DNA of 64,000 nucleotides from Octopus vulgaris (taxonomy: Eukaryota): positions 17,794,001 to 17,858,000 of the forward strand of contig OX597820.1 in assembly GCA_951406725.2 (NCBI GenBank), given 5' to 3'. The notes below the pieces were generated by a model. The model did no database searches, had not been told where the DNA came from, and saw nothing but the letters and a program-made list of their open reading frames with translations. Position numbers and translations under genes: made by a program. Position 1 is the first letter of the stretch; every line of letters starts with the position of its first letter. This document shows, piece after piece, positions 25,208-38,469 of the stretch.

Positions 25208-26385
25208 TTCGTCCTAAAAAACTTTGTATGGATTGAATGGTTACTTCTATGGAAATATATACACGCACATTATACATACATGTGTGTATAGATGAATATA
25301 TAAATACATTTAAATATCTATATACACTTTTGGGCGATCTTTCTTTTTCTTAGAGATAACTTTAGATCTTATATTCGTCCTAAAAAAAACTTTGTATGGA
25401 GTGAAAGGTTACGTCTATGGAAATATATACACACACATTATACATACATCTGTGTATAGATGAATATATAAATACATTTAAATATCTATATACACTTTTG
25501 GGCGATCTTTCTTTTTCTTAGAGATAACATTAGATCTTATATTCGTCCTAAAAAACTTTGTATGGAGTGAAAGGTTACGTCTATGGAAATATATACACAC
25601 ACATTATACATACATCTGTGTATAGATGAATATATAAATACATTTAAATATCTATATACACTTTTGGGCGATCTTTCTTTTTCTTAGAGATAACATTAGA
25701 TCTTATATTCGTCCTAAAAAACTTTGTATGGAGTGAAAGGTTACGTCTATGGAAATATATACACACACATTATACATACATCTGTGTATAGATGAATATA
25801 TAAATACATTTAAATATCTATATACACTTTTGGGCGATCTTTCTTTTTCTTAGAGATAACATTAGATCTTATATTCGTCCTAAAAAACTTTGTATGGAGT
25901 GAAAGGTTACGTCTATGGAAATATATACACACACATTATACATACATCTGTGTATAGATGAATATATAAATACATTTAAATATCTATATACACTTTTGGG
26001 CGATCTTTCTTTTTCTTAGAGATAACATTAGATCTTATATTCGTCCTAAAAAACTTTGTATGGAGTGAAAGGTTACGTCTATGGAAATATATACACACAC
26101 ATTATACATACATCTGTGTATAGATGAATATATAAATACATTTAAATATCTATATACACTTTTGGGCGATCTTTCTTTTTCTTAGAGATAACATTAGATC
26201 TTATATTCGTCCTAAAAAACTTTGTATGGAGTGAAAGGTTACCACTATGGAAATATATACACACACATTATACATACATCTGTGTATAGATGAATATATA
26301 AATACATTTAAATATCTATATACACTTTTGGGCGATCTTTCTGCTACTTGGATATAGGTCTTATATTCGTCGTAAAAAACTTTCC
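25208..26385. repeat. 166-bp tandem satellite, ~7 copies
   Basis: TTCGTCCTAAAAAACTTTG recurs at 25208, 25374, 25542, 25708, 25874, ~26040, ~26206; internal copies essentially identical. Confidence 0.95.
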
Positions 26386-26423
26386 TGTCACACACTCACG
26401 CACACACACACACACACACGCAT

Positions 26424-26465
<42 letters not shown>

Positions 26466-26504
26466 ACACGCACACACACACACGTTAGCTTACAATTTTA
26501 TTTA

Positions 26505-26680
26505 TATATTTGCGTGTCTATGTGTGTAAAGTGGAAGTGGGAATGTAGAGTGAAATAGTCACTCACTACAGAAAGTGAATTAGTTTCACTTTATATTTGC
26601 GCATCTATGTGTGTAAAGTGGAAGTGGGAATGTAGAGTGAAATAGTCACTCACTACAGAAAGTGAATTAGTTTCACTTTA
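26505..26680. repeat. 87-bp direct tandem duplication
   Basis: TATATTTGCG..CTATGTGTGTAAAGTGGAAGTGGGAATGTAGAG...TTTCACTT occurs twice. Confidence 0.9.
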
Positions 26681-26935
26681 TTCGTTGCACACTGTGTGTG
26701 TGCGTGTGCGTGTGGTGTAAACCACATTAAGAAAAGCATTTGGCATACACACCAGAATGTGAGTTTTCTGTAAATTTTGCTTAATTGGAGTTTAAATTTT
26801 AAAAACTGGACCTGGCATGACCCGATGCATTCTACTCTTAAAAATGCTAGGTAAATTGTAATTGAAGAAATCCTATATTGTAGATTTCTATAAGTGACAA
26901 AGGGAGGCAGATAAAATCTGCCTTTTATAATAAGA

Positions 26936-26973
26936 GATGTACATATTGCACGTTTGAATATATGTATGTATGA

Positions 26974-27004
<31 letters not shown>

Positions 27005-27818
27005 CATGCGTGTATTTATGTATGTATGTATGTATGCATGCATGCATGTATGTATGTATGTATGTATGTATGCATGCATGCATGTATGCATGTATGTATG
27101 TATGTATGTATGTATGCATGCATGTATGTATGTAGTTATGTATGTATGTATGTATGTGTGTATGTATGTATATATGTATGTATATATGTATGTATGTATG
27201 TATGCATGCATGTACGTATGTATGTATGTATGCATGCATGAATGTATGTATGTATGTATGTATGTATGCATGCATGCGTGTATGTATGTATGTATGCATG
27301 TATGTACGTATGTATGTATGTATGTATGTATGTATGTATGTATGTATGTATGAATGTATGTATGCACATAATCATGTATGCACGTATGTATGTATATATG
27401 TATGTATGTATGCACGTATGTATGTATGAATATATGCATGCATGTATGTATGTGTGTATGTATGTGTGTGTATGTATACATGCATGTATGTATGTATGTA
27501 TGTACGTATTCACGAATGTATGAACATATGTATGGCATGTATGTATCTATGTATGTATGCACTATGTATGTATTATGCATGTATGTAATTATTATGCACG
27601 TATGTATGCATGAATGTATGTATGCACATATGCAGGTATGCGCGTATGAATGTATGTATGTATGCACGTATGTTTGTTTACACGTATGTATGCACAGATA
27701 TATGTAAGTATGCAAGTATGTATGTATGAATATATGTATGTATGTGTGCATGTATGTATGAATATATGTATATATTGCACGTTTGAATATATGTATGTAT
27801 GAATATATGTATGTATGA

Positions 27819-27849
<31 letters not shown>

Positions 27850-27972
27850 CATGAATGCATGTATGTATGTATGTATGTATGTATGTATGTATGCATGTAT
27901 GTATGCATGCATGTATGTCTGTCTGTATGTATGTATGTATGTATGTATGTGTGTATGTATGTATATATTATG

Positions 27973-28006
<34 letters not shown>

Positions 28007-28350
28007 TGTATGTATGCATGCATGTACGTATGTAGGTATGTATGCATGCATGAATGCATGTATGTATGTATGTATGCATGCATGCGTGTATTTATGTATG
28101 TATGCATGTATGTATGTATGAATGTATGTATGCACATAATCATGTATGCGCGTATGTATGTATATATGTATGTATGTATGCACGCATGTATGTATGAATA
28201 TATATATATATATGAATATATGTATGTATGTGTGTACGTATGTGTGTGTGTATGTATGCATGCATGTATGTATGTATGTATGTATGTATGTATGTATGTA
28301 TGTATGTATGTATGTATGTATGTATGTATGTATGTATGTACGTATGTATA
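26936..28350. repeat. Long degenerate (TATG)n/(CATG) microsatellite
   Basis: Direct inspection. Confidence 0.95.
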
Positions 28351-28804
28351 ACTTCAGAAGAAATAAAACGAAGATAAGGTCAAGGTTTAAACAGCAAAGA
28401 AAGAATCCTTACACAAAAAGAGTAAATTTTTGGCTGTGAAATTCTCACCATGTCACAACCGAGTGAGAAATAAAGCATGCAGTGAAGATCACCGGGGAAC
28501 GAAAACACAGGTTTCCTCGGCATTAGCGTCTGTATTTTTTTCTCACCGCATTCTCCATTAATGACCGCAAACATACGTGTTAAATGAAAGACACCGTCTC
28601 ACGCATTCATCCATATTCACACACACACGCGTGCACAATCACCCACATTCCGCACACACACACACAACATGCATACACACACATACATACACACATATAT
28701 TAGTTGAAATTTATAGAAAAACAAAAGATGAAGACAGATGTGTAAACAACAAGCGAGGGTATTTGTTTGACGCACGGGAAAAGTGAAAAAGTCTTACGTT
28801 TCGA

Positions 28805-28859
<55 letters not shown>

Positions 28860-29042
28860 CCTGAATATATGAATGTGTCCGAGCAATTCTATTACATACA
28901 TGCTTTTACACATGCACATCTATAACAATAAACATACATATAAAGTTAATCCAAACAAGAAATCACAAAAAAACATAACAACGCGAGGACGTGGAACAAA
29001 TATAGTATTATTGGACGCTCAGAAAAGAAGGAAAGAAGGAGG

Positions 29043-29077
29043 GTTTAACGTTTCGAGCGGAGCTCTTCGTCGGAAAC
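29043..29077 (-). ncRNA. Minimal hammerhead-ribozyme-like motif (Penelope pLTR type)
   Basis: Minus strand GTTT CCGACGA A GAGC TCC GCTC GAAAC GT T AAAC: stems I and II pair, palindromic stem III. Confidence 0.65.
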
Positions 29078-29168
29078 ATAGGAGAAGGAAAGATCCAGAG
29101 AAGGGAAGACAGAGGAAAAAAAAATCGCCAACGAGACACATGCGGTCATATATATATATATATATATA

Positions 29169-29212
<44 letters not shown>

Positions 29213-29214
29213 CC

Positions 29215-29546
29215 GAGACCCCCTTCGGTCATGACTGACCATAGGATTGCACCAAGAAAGTTACCCTCCCAGGCACAAGCCTGGGCAAGTTTGTTTTATG
29301 GAAGACCAGCAGTCGCCCATGCATACCAGCCTCTCCTCTCCACACACACTGATGTTATACAAAGGAAAAGCAAAGGGACCGATTACAGCTTGGCACCTGT
29401 GACGTCGCAACTCATTTCTACAGGTGAGTGAACTGGAGCAACGTGAAGTAAAGTGTCTTGCTCAAGAACACAACACGCAGTCCGTTGCTGGATTCGAACT
29501 CACAACCTCACAATCGTAAGCTTGATGCTCTACACCATGTGCCTTC
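29215..29546 (-). mobile_element. SINE family D
   Basis: Reverse-complement homologue of 21502-21846. Confidence 0.8.
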
Positions 29547-29575
29547 ACAGACACACACACACACACACATAATAA

Positions 29576-29736
29576 GCGCAGGCGTGGCGGTGTGGTAAGT
29601 ATCTTGCTTCCCAACCATATGATTCTAGTTTCAGTCCCACTGCGTGGCAACTTGGACAAGTGCCGACCAAAGCCTTATGAGTGGATTTGGTAGATGGAAA
29701 CTGAAGGAAGCCTATCGCGTGTGTGTATGTATATAC

Positions 29737-29818
<82 letters not shown>

Positions 29819-30040
29819 GTATGTTTACGTGTGAGTCTTTGTTTTCCCACCACCACCATCTCCATCGCTTGACAACCGATGTTGTTCTGTTTACGTCCCC
29901 GTAACTTAGCGGTTCGGCGAAAGTGATCGATAGAATAAGAGCCAGGCTTACAAAGAATAAGTCCTGGGGTCGATTTCTTCGACTAAAAGGTGGTGCTCCA
30001 GCATGGCCGCTGTCAAAATGACTGAAACGAGTAAAAGAAA
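29576..30040 (+). mobile_element. SINE family A (diverged)
   Basis: Family A head, body and tail. Confidence 0.85.
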
Positions 30041-30168
30041 AAAGAATAACGGAATATGTATACATACTTGTATGCATGTAGGTGTGTGTGCGTGCGTGTG
30101 CGCGCGAGAGAGTGCTAAATAATATGAGACAACAAAACCAGGGATAAATATTCTTTCTACTATAGCAA

Positions 30169-31092
30169 GGCGGCGAGCTGGCAGAATCGTTAGCACGCCG
30201 GGCGAAATGCTTAGCGGTATTTCGTCTGCCGTTACGTTCAAATTCTGCCAAGGTTGACTTTGCTTTTCATCCTTTGGGGGTCGATTAAATAAGTACCAGT
30301 TACACACTGGAGTCGATGTAATCGACTTAATCCGTTTGTCTGTCCTTGTTTGTCCCCTCTGTGTGTAGCCCCTTGTGGGTAATAAAGAAATAGGTATTTA
30401 ATCTGCCGCTACGTTCTGAGTTCAAATTCCGCCGAGGTCGACTTTGCCTTTCATCCTTTCGGGGTCGATTAAATAAGTACCAGTCACGCACTGGGGTCGA
30501 TGTAATCGACTTAATCCGTTTGTCTGTCCTTGTTTGTCCTCTCTGTGTTTAGCCCCTTGTGGGTAGTAAAGAAATAGGTATTTCATCTGCCGCTACGTTC
30601 TGAGTTCAAATTCCGCCGAGGTCGACTTTGCCTTTCATCTTTTCGGGCTCGATTAAATAAGTACCAGTTACGCACTGGGGTCGATGTAATCGACTTAATC
30701 CGTTTGTCTGTCCTTGTTTGTCCTCTCTGTGTTTAGCCCCTTGTGGGTAGTAGAGAAATAGGTATTTCATCTGCCGCTACGTTCTGAGTTCAAATTCCGC
30801 CGAGGTCGACTTTGCCTTTCATCTCGATTAAATAAGTACCAGTTACGCACTGGAGTCGATATAATCGACTTAATAGGTTTGTCTGTCCTTGTTTGTCCCC
30901 TCTATGTTTAGCCCCTTGTGGGTAATAAAGAAATAGGTATTTCGTCTGCCGTTGCGTTCTGAGTTCATCCTTTCGGGGGTCGATAAATTAAGTACCAGTT
31001 ATGCACTGGGGTCGATATAATCGACTTAATCCTTTTGTCTGTCCTTGTTTGTCCCCTCTATGTTTAACTCCCTGTGAGCGATGAAGAAATAG
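30169..31092 (+). mobile_element. SINE family B, five-unit head-to-tail array (~184-bp period)
   Basis: After each AAAGAAATA tail the sequence restarts at GGTATTT..TCTGCCG (~30392, 30577, 30761, 30936). Confidence 0.92.
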
Positions 31093-32079
31093 ATATAGTC
31101 TTTACGCGATGTTTTTGTTTTATAAGTTGGAAGTGGGCGTACAGTGATAGATATTGACCGCGAAAGATAAATTCGCTCCAAGAAAACAGGAATTGTCAGT
31201 AATTAAATATTTTTTGTTTCATCGACGATTCTTATTTTCGCTATTTTTCGCATGTTTTACTTCTTTTTATTTTTAAATATGAGCCAGACAGTTCATTTTC
31301 AATTTTAAAAATAGCCTAGTTGACCTTTAGAATTTTCTCACATAATTATATACACTCTGTTTTTGTTTTGAAATATGTAAGCTCACACACCAAACTAATT
31401 TCCGAGTCATACTTTAACAACTTTTAATTCTATTACTATTATTTGTGTAACCTTTATTTATAGTAGTATTACTACTATTATTGACATTGTTTTTGTTGCC
31501 GTTGTTGTTATCGTTGTTGACTTTTTACGTTCTCAGTTCAAATTCCGCCGCGGTCAACTTTGCCTTTCATCCTTTCGGGGTCGATAAAATAAGTACTAGT
31601 TGAGCACTGGAGTTGATGTAATCGACTAGATCCCTAAAAAAAATAAATAAATTTCAGGCCCTGTACCTATAGGCGAAAGGATTATTATTATTGGTGATTT
31701 CACTCAAGTTCGTTCATATTCCTGGTAGAATTTATGTGGGTAGCGGGTTACTGCCTGTAACCTTAGGTACACACAAGCTTTCAATAATCTTTCAAGCGCT
31801 TAAAACCCTGCTGGTAATCTTGCCTGTCCTTATTGCTGTCTTCTTCTTCTTCTTCTTCTTCTTCTTCTTCTTCTTCTTCTTCTTCTTCTTCTTCTTCTTC
31901 CAATCAGGACTCACGCCATTAGCCGCAAAGAATAATCTCTAATTCGAGCCTACTCTAAGCTACTAAGAATGCGTGTGGCAACTTGAAGATCCACCCACCA
32001 CACGCGATAGACTGGCGGTTGCACGGGCGCGAAAGCTACGTTGTTATCCTTATTCCGTAAACGGTGGCTTTTAACGGGT

Positions 32080-32375
32080 AGAGAGCTGAACCATCCTAGG
32101 GTACAGAGGATTTGCAATTTAGACTAGATTCTGAAAGTTTACCACACCATAGTGGGTTACACCATGGTTCCTCTGCTTTGTGGCAGAAGTAGGAAGAAAG
32201 AGTGAGAGAAAATTGTGGTGAAAGAGTACAGTTCACCATCCACCCATCCCCGCCGGAGCCTCGTAGAGCTTAGGTGTTTTTGCTCAATAAACTCATGATG
32301 CCCGGTCTGGGAATCGAACCCGCGTTCTTACGACCGCGAGTCCGGTGCCCTAACCACTGGGCCATTGCGTCTCCA
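32080..32375 (-). mobile_element. SINE family C, tail type d
   Basis: Family C head and core in reverse complement; 3' region unlike the other C copies. Confidence 0.7.
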
Positions 32376-32457
32376 CCCCTGTTGTTGTTATTTGAATTTC
32401 ATTTCTCAGAATTCTTCATCTTACTTGCTCTGATTAATTCTGTAAGAACGGACAGCA

Positions 32458-32834
32458 CTCCGTCGGTTACAACGACGAGGGTTCCGGTTGATCCGAATCA
32501 ACGGAACAGTCTGCTCGTGAAATTAACGTGCAAGTGGCTGAGCACTCCACAGACACGTGCACCCTTACCGTAGTTCTCGGGGATATTCAGCGTGACACAG
32601 AGAGTGACAAGGCCGGCCCTTTGAAATACAGGCACAACAGAAACAGGAAGAAAGAGTGAGAGAAAGTTGTGGTGAAAGAGTACAGCAGGGATCACCACCA
32701 TCCCCTGCCGGAGCATCGTGGAGCTTTAGGTGTTTTCGCTCAATAAACACTCACAACGCCCGGTCTGGGAATCGAAACCGCGATCCTATGACCGCGAGTC
32801 CGCTGCCCTAACCACTGGGCCATTGCGCCTCCAC
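32458..32834 (-). mobile_element. SINE family C, tail type b
   Basis: Family C head; 14-bp TSD AAGAACGGACAGCA at 32444-32457 and 32835-32848. Confidence 0.9.
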
Positions 32835-32899
32835 AAGAACGGACAGCAACCTGTTGGCAAATGTCTCACAGAGTATTTTTCCTCGATACTCAACACCCA

Positions 32900-33235
32900 A
32901 GTACCAATCTTAAAATCATTGCTGTCCGCAATAGAGAAGTTTTATTTAGCATGGTCGACCCTCATATCAATTCCAGTGTCTTCTACATTGTTCTCAAACT
33001 TGGTTCTTTGTGTTCCCAGTGTCGCTACAACTACTGAAATGACATCTACTCTTTCCATTGCCCACATTCTTGCAATTTCATCTTTTAGTAACTTGTGTTT
33101 CTCCATCTTTTCCAATTCTTTTTTACCCACGCCTCAGGTATAGCAATATTCATTATTCTCAGTGACTCCTTCTGGTTTATGTTCGTACCATTTCTATCTC
33201 CTTTCAAGACTGTACTTCTCACACGATCCCCAGTG
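32900..33235 (-). pseudogene. Decayed RLE endonuclease fragment of an R4-like retrotransposon
   Basis: KELEKMEKHKLLKDEIARMWAMERVDVISVVVATLG resembles the K..KY..L..EI..MW..IPVVIGALG motif. Confidence 0.7.
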
Positions 33236-33267
33236 AACAATTTATATCATCATCATCATCATCATCG

Positions 33268-33307
<40 letters not shown>

Positions 33308-33322
33308 TATAACTATTATTAG

Positions 33323-33823
33323 GGCGGCAAACTGACAGAAACGTTAGCACGCCGGGCGAAATGTTTAGCGGTATTTCGTCTGCCTCTACGTTCTGAGTTC
33401 AAATTCTGCCGAGGTCGACTTTGCCTTTCATCCTTTCGGGTTCGATTAAATAAGTACCAGTTACACACTGGGGTCGATGTAATCAACTTAATCCCTTTGT
33501 CTGTCCTTGTTTGTCCCCTCTATCTTTAGCCCCTGTGGGCAGTACAGAAATAAATTATTATTATTATTATTATTGTTATTATTGTTATTATTATTATTAT
33601 TATTATATTAGGGTGGCGAGCAGGCAAAATCGTTAGCACACCGGTATAAACGTTTAGCAACATTTCGTCTGTCCTTACGTTCTGAGTTCAAATTCCGCCG
33701 AGGTAGACTTTGTCTTTCATCCTTTCGAGATCGATAAAATAAGTACCAGTTGCATACTAGTGGTCAATGTAATAGGCTATCCCCTTCTCCTAATTTTCAG
33801 GCCTTGTGCGTGTTGTAGAAAGG

Positions 33824-33825
<2 letters not shown>
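33323..33825 (+). mobile_element. Two SINE family B copies (33323-33553 tail 1; 33611-33825 tail 2) separated by (TTA)n
   Basis: Family B head and core in each copy. Confidence 0.85.
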
Positions 33826-33889
<64 letters not shown>

Positions 33890-33890
33890 T

Positions 33891-34978
33891 ACTTCCAATC
33901 TGTATGTTTATTACGATCACTCGCCGAGACACACCCAGCGTCCTGGGGCGAGTAAAGGGTAACAGATGTTACAATATGACTGAAAGCTTGGGGAGAGGAA
34001 GTGGCAGCTGCAGTAGCAAAATATCTTCATGTAATACAACACAGACATTTAAATTAATAGGGGTTTTCTAAGGATGCGGGTAGTACTTGTCAGTACAATC
34101 GTCTTGATTTCTCTGAGACATGGTTCTCCTGGGATATTATCTAAATGTTTTTGACATACCTTTTTTATCATACCTATGCCACCCACAATAACAGAAACAG
34201 TTCTCGCTTTAAGATGCCACATCTTTTGTGTTTCAATTTCCAAGTCCTTATATTTACTTAATTTGTCAAATTCCTTTACAGATATATTTTTATCAATGGG
34301 AACTCTTACATCTATTAGTCTACAAGTATTTTCTTCCCTTTCTTTAATAATTATGTCTGGTGGGTTAGCCTGGATTGTTCTGTGGATGTTGACTGGAAAA
34401 TCCCAGAGGCGAGCGATATTTTTACCTTCAACTGCTGGCTCGGGATGATGCTCATACTAGTAAGCAGGAGTGCTGATTTTGTAGGGTTTACATATTTTCC
34501 AATGTAAATACTATCCTATCGTGGCGATTTTTGCATTCGTTTTGGTGTCAGTACAGGGCATCCCGAGACGAGGTGATCTATTGTTTTGTCAAATGTGTCG
34601 CAGAATCTGCATTTAGGGTCAGAGCCGTTTTCAAGAACGTTAGCCTATTAGTTTTTGGTAAGCAAGCGTTGATCTTGTGCCGCTAATATAAAACCTTCAG
34701 TCTCTGCTTTCAGTTCTGAACTTCTCAGCCACTGGTGTGTTGTTACTTGGTCTACGTCAGCATTTCGACTTCGAAGTATACACTGTCTAATTTCAATTTG
34801 TTTCTGCCCGTCTTTTTTGCAGTTAGTTTGAACCGTTTTGCCCGTTTTGTGGCAGTGGTTTCAGGTTCTTTATCTATTTCAGGGTTGACGCCAAGTTCCC
34901 TTGCGAATTTGCAAACTTCTTTGGCAACAGAATGTGATTTTTTGCTGCTTTCGTTCTTGCACACAAGTCCCAGCCTGT
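33891..34978 (-). mobile_element. Second R4/Dong family, 5'-truncated and decayed
   Basis: WLRSSELKAETEGFILAAQDQ, CRFCDTFDKTIDHLVSGC, WDFPVNI..ANPPDIII, EIETQKMWHLK; flanked by (TAA)n on both sides. Confidence 0.88.
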
Positions 34979-34983
34979 TATTA

Positions 34984-35032
<49 letters not shown>

Positions 35033-35052
35033 ATATTATTATTATTATTAAA

Positions 35053-35265
35053 GTGGCGTACTGGCAGAATCATTAGTACTCCGGGCAAAAAGTTTAGCAA
35101 CATTCCGTCCGTCTTTACGTTCTGAGTTCAAATTCCGCCGAGGCCGACTTTGCTTTTCTTCTTTCAGGGTCGATAAAATACGTATTAGTTGAAAACTGAG
35201 GTTGATGTGATCGACTAGTCCCACCCCCAAAAAATCCCAGGCGTTGTACCTTTAGTAGAAAAGAT
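35053..35265 (+). mobile_element. SINE family B, tail 2, diverged
   Basis: GAGTTCAAATTCCGCCGAGG core. Confidence 0.75.
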
Positions 35266-35502
35266 TATCATTATTATTATTATTTCAATTTTATTTCCAT
35301 ATTCTCCAGACACCTAAGGCAAAGAAACTACATTTGTAGGTCATTAAAATAAACACACCAGATTGTTCATTTACAAAGTCAAGTTATGGGATAGAAAAAA
35401 AAAACGGGGGAATAGAAAGAAAGAATAAAAAAAGAAAAACCAAAACAGAAAAAAAAGGTAAAAACAGAAAACAAAGAAAAATTGGGAAAGGAGAGAAAAA
35501 TT

Positions 35503-35750
35503 CACAGCAACAATTTTCTTCTCAACACATGTGACGTACCTGTTAAAACAATCTTCTGTACTTCTTGCACTGATGTTAAGCCAGGGATTATTCTCAAATA
35601 ATTTTCAGTTCCTTTTTGATCGTCTGAAGTTCAACGACTCGTTTTTCTTAGTTGAAATGACTTTTCACTCCCGCCAGAGTTTAATAAACATCCCTATCTC
35701 AGTGGAACCACTTCTGATTTTGGAAAAGCATGAACATCACTTAATCTCAT
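35503..35750 (-). pseudogene. R4-like RLE C-terminal remnant
   Basis: IPGLTSVQEVQKIVLTGTSHVLRRKL matches the C-terminus of the Dong ORFs above. Confidence 0.65.
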
Positions 35751-35800
35751 TTCCTTTCACCTATAAATTTGGCACTTTATACTTATGTAAGCAATCGCAA

Positions 35801-36198
35801 TCTCTATATATATAAAGCTGAAGTTGTCTGTGTGTGTGTGGCAGGTTTGGTAGCCTTCAACTAACGCTATCTCCTCCGAGACCCTGCGGCGCAACTTGAC
35901 CAAAATTGAGAGTATGATAGAAGAAGGTTTGCTCCTTCTTCCGTAGAAGAAAAAATTCAAATCTCACCATGTTAACACCAAAAATTATTTACATAAAAAA
36001 GGTGCTGTTTTTTCTATGAAAATCCCAATTTTTTACGATTTTTTGACTGCTGTGTCGCCATTTTTCGGTGTATTTCAACCAGAAAAATGTTCACTTAAAG
36101 AGAATAACAAGCTACATAATGCGAAATTTTTTACTTTTCAAAAATTCCAATTCTAAAGGGTCGAAACAAACCCGAGCAACGCCGGGCGATACTGCTAG
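35801..36198 (+). mobile_element. Non-autonomous Helitron
   Basis: 5' TC after host A, subterminal hairpin CCCGAGCAACGCCGGG, 3' CTAG followed by host T; no TSD. Confidence 0.88.
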
Positions 36199-36827
36199 TT
36201 AATCATAAAGTGACACAAAGATTGCATGACCGGATCTGGATAACGAGTAGAGAAGTTCACTGTGGATTACAGCAGGATCTCTGATTTTATAACTCAGCCA
36301 GTTACTCTATAAGTATTAAAATCACCGTACAGGCGTGTAGATTAATGATTTGGGTGATACGCACATGATTGTAAGATTGTGGTTTCGATTTCTGGACCAG
36401 GCAATACGTTGTGTTCTTGAGCAAAACACTTCATTTCAAATTGTTCCAGCCCAGTCAGATGGCAAAAATGAGTAATCCTGTGGCAGACCAGTATCCCGTC
36501 CGTGTAGAGGGGGTATATACGTCAGCACGGAGCAGGTGATACGCTTATAGTTTTAATGCTTTGTTTGTATATTTTGCTTCCCATTGTTGTTGCCAACATA
36601 AGAACCTATATGAGTGAATGTGCTTAGATGACCTTACTGGTTGTGTGCTGGTGGGTAGTGGTGAAGGCTCTATTCACTCTTTGTATTGAGTACGTGGGTG
36701 TCTTCTTCCTGCACTTGTGGAGCTTTGTTAATAGCATGTCTAAATATTGAATCTTTTGTATGTCTCTTAAGAAAGACTTTTTTTATCAAACCATTGTGTT
36801 TCTATATAGCAGGTTACTAGAATACAG

Positions 36828-36990
<163 letters not shown>

Positions 36991-37381
36991 AATTATTGTA
37001 TACAGTGCTCAGGTGCACTACAATATTTGTGTCTTTCCATTGTAGTCTCGTTGACGTTTTGCAATATTTTTTCACATATACTGTCCACAGTATATCTGAA
37101 AACTAAAGAGAAACTCACTATTTTCTCATAATTCACTTAGATTTTATGCTCGTGTCCTACTCTTGTATTGAGTTGATGGACAACATAATTTAGTTCCCTT
37201 CTGCACCGTTTTCGTTTCAGCCAACGTCCTTTAATTTTGTTTGTGTACCCATCTGCGTATAGAGGGATGAAGACTCGTGTTCAATGGTAGGTTTGTGGGG
37301 GTAGATATTATTCCGAACACATGATTCATCAGAAGGGGGATTGTAAAAGATTCTGAGTTACCTGTATTACTCTATGTGTAT

Positions 37382-37479
<98 letters not shown>

Positions 37480-38469
37480 CATATATAAAATATAAATATA
37501 TGCATATATACATACATAAATGTACATACCTACATATATATGTATATATACATGCATATATGGGTACAGGTCATAAAAAAACGTTGAACACTATGAGAAA
37601 CGAAAACATAAAAACAAAAACACAGTAAATGAACTTTTTTTTCGAACAACGAAAAAAGCAAAGAGAGAAACGAGACATGCAACATAAAGAATATTCCCCT
37701 TCATCAGTTGTCCCTGTTTCGTCTTCTCCGCGTACGAAGGCAAGGACAATACGCGACTTCGTTGAAACAGTCCTTCACGCAAAGCAAATTAAATAAAATT
37801 TGGGATTTTTTGCGGAGGGTGAAAGTGGTAACAAGAACAGGACAGTGAGAACAAAACAGTAAAAACAAACGGCGAGGGCTGTTAATCCAAGACAGTGATA
37901 GGTAAGGACGATCCAAAAACCCAAGTGTAGGAAATTAGTAAGCTTTAAGTATGTACGCAGCTTACTTGTACACTTACTCGTTGTTCCTACACCAGTCTTC
38001 GTCTTTGTTCTTCTATAAATTTAAACCATATATATATATATATATATACTAAATGGCAGATCGTTAGTAAGGAGAGACACACTAAAATGAAAGAAGAAAG
38101 CAAAGGAACATTAGTGAGGTCACAGAAGTGTGACGAAAGAACTCTGGCCGAAATACAATTAATATAAAATAAAACTGAAGCAAATGAACACCAAATATAT
38201 AGTGCGTGTGTTTTCATTGACTAAATTGGCAACATGACCATCCCCAAATACAACAATATATATCTTTTATCTTTTACAAAAAGTGGACAATATACGATAA
38301 AACGAGTTTATTAACATTTATTAACATTATAAACATTTTCTTCCGTATTGAAATCACAGAAAATTTCGATAAGCCGACAGTGACTATACAAATCGCGATT
38401 TAGCGACTAAAATTGTTAAAAATACTAATCAAAATGCGAGAATGTAATGAATGGAACAGGTAAAAGCAC

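Noticed and set aside
28360-28610. Unique non-repetitive stretches (also 15300-15560, 31100-31450, 54350-54600) as enhancers
   Set aside because: No sequence-only evidence; conservation or chromatin data would be needed
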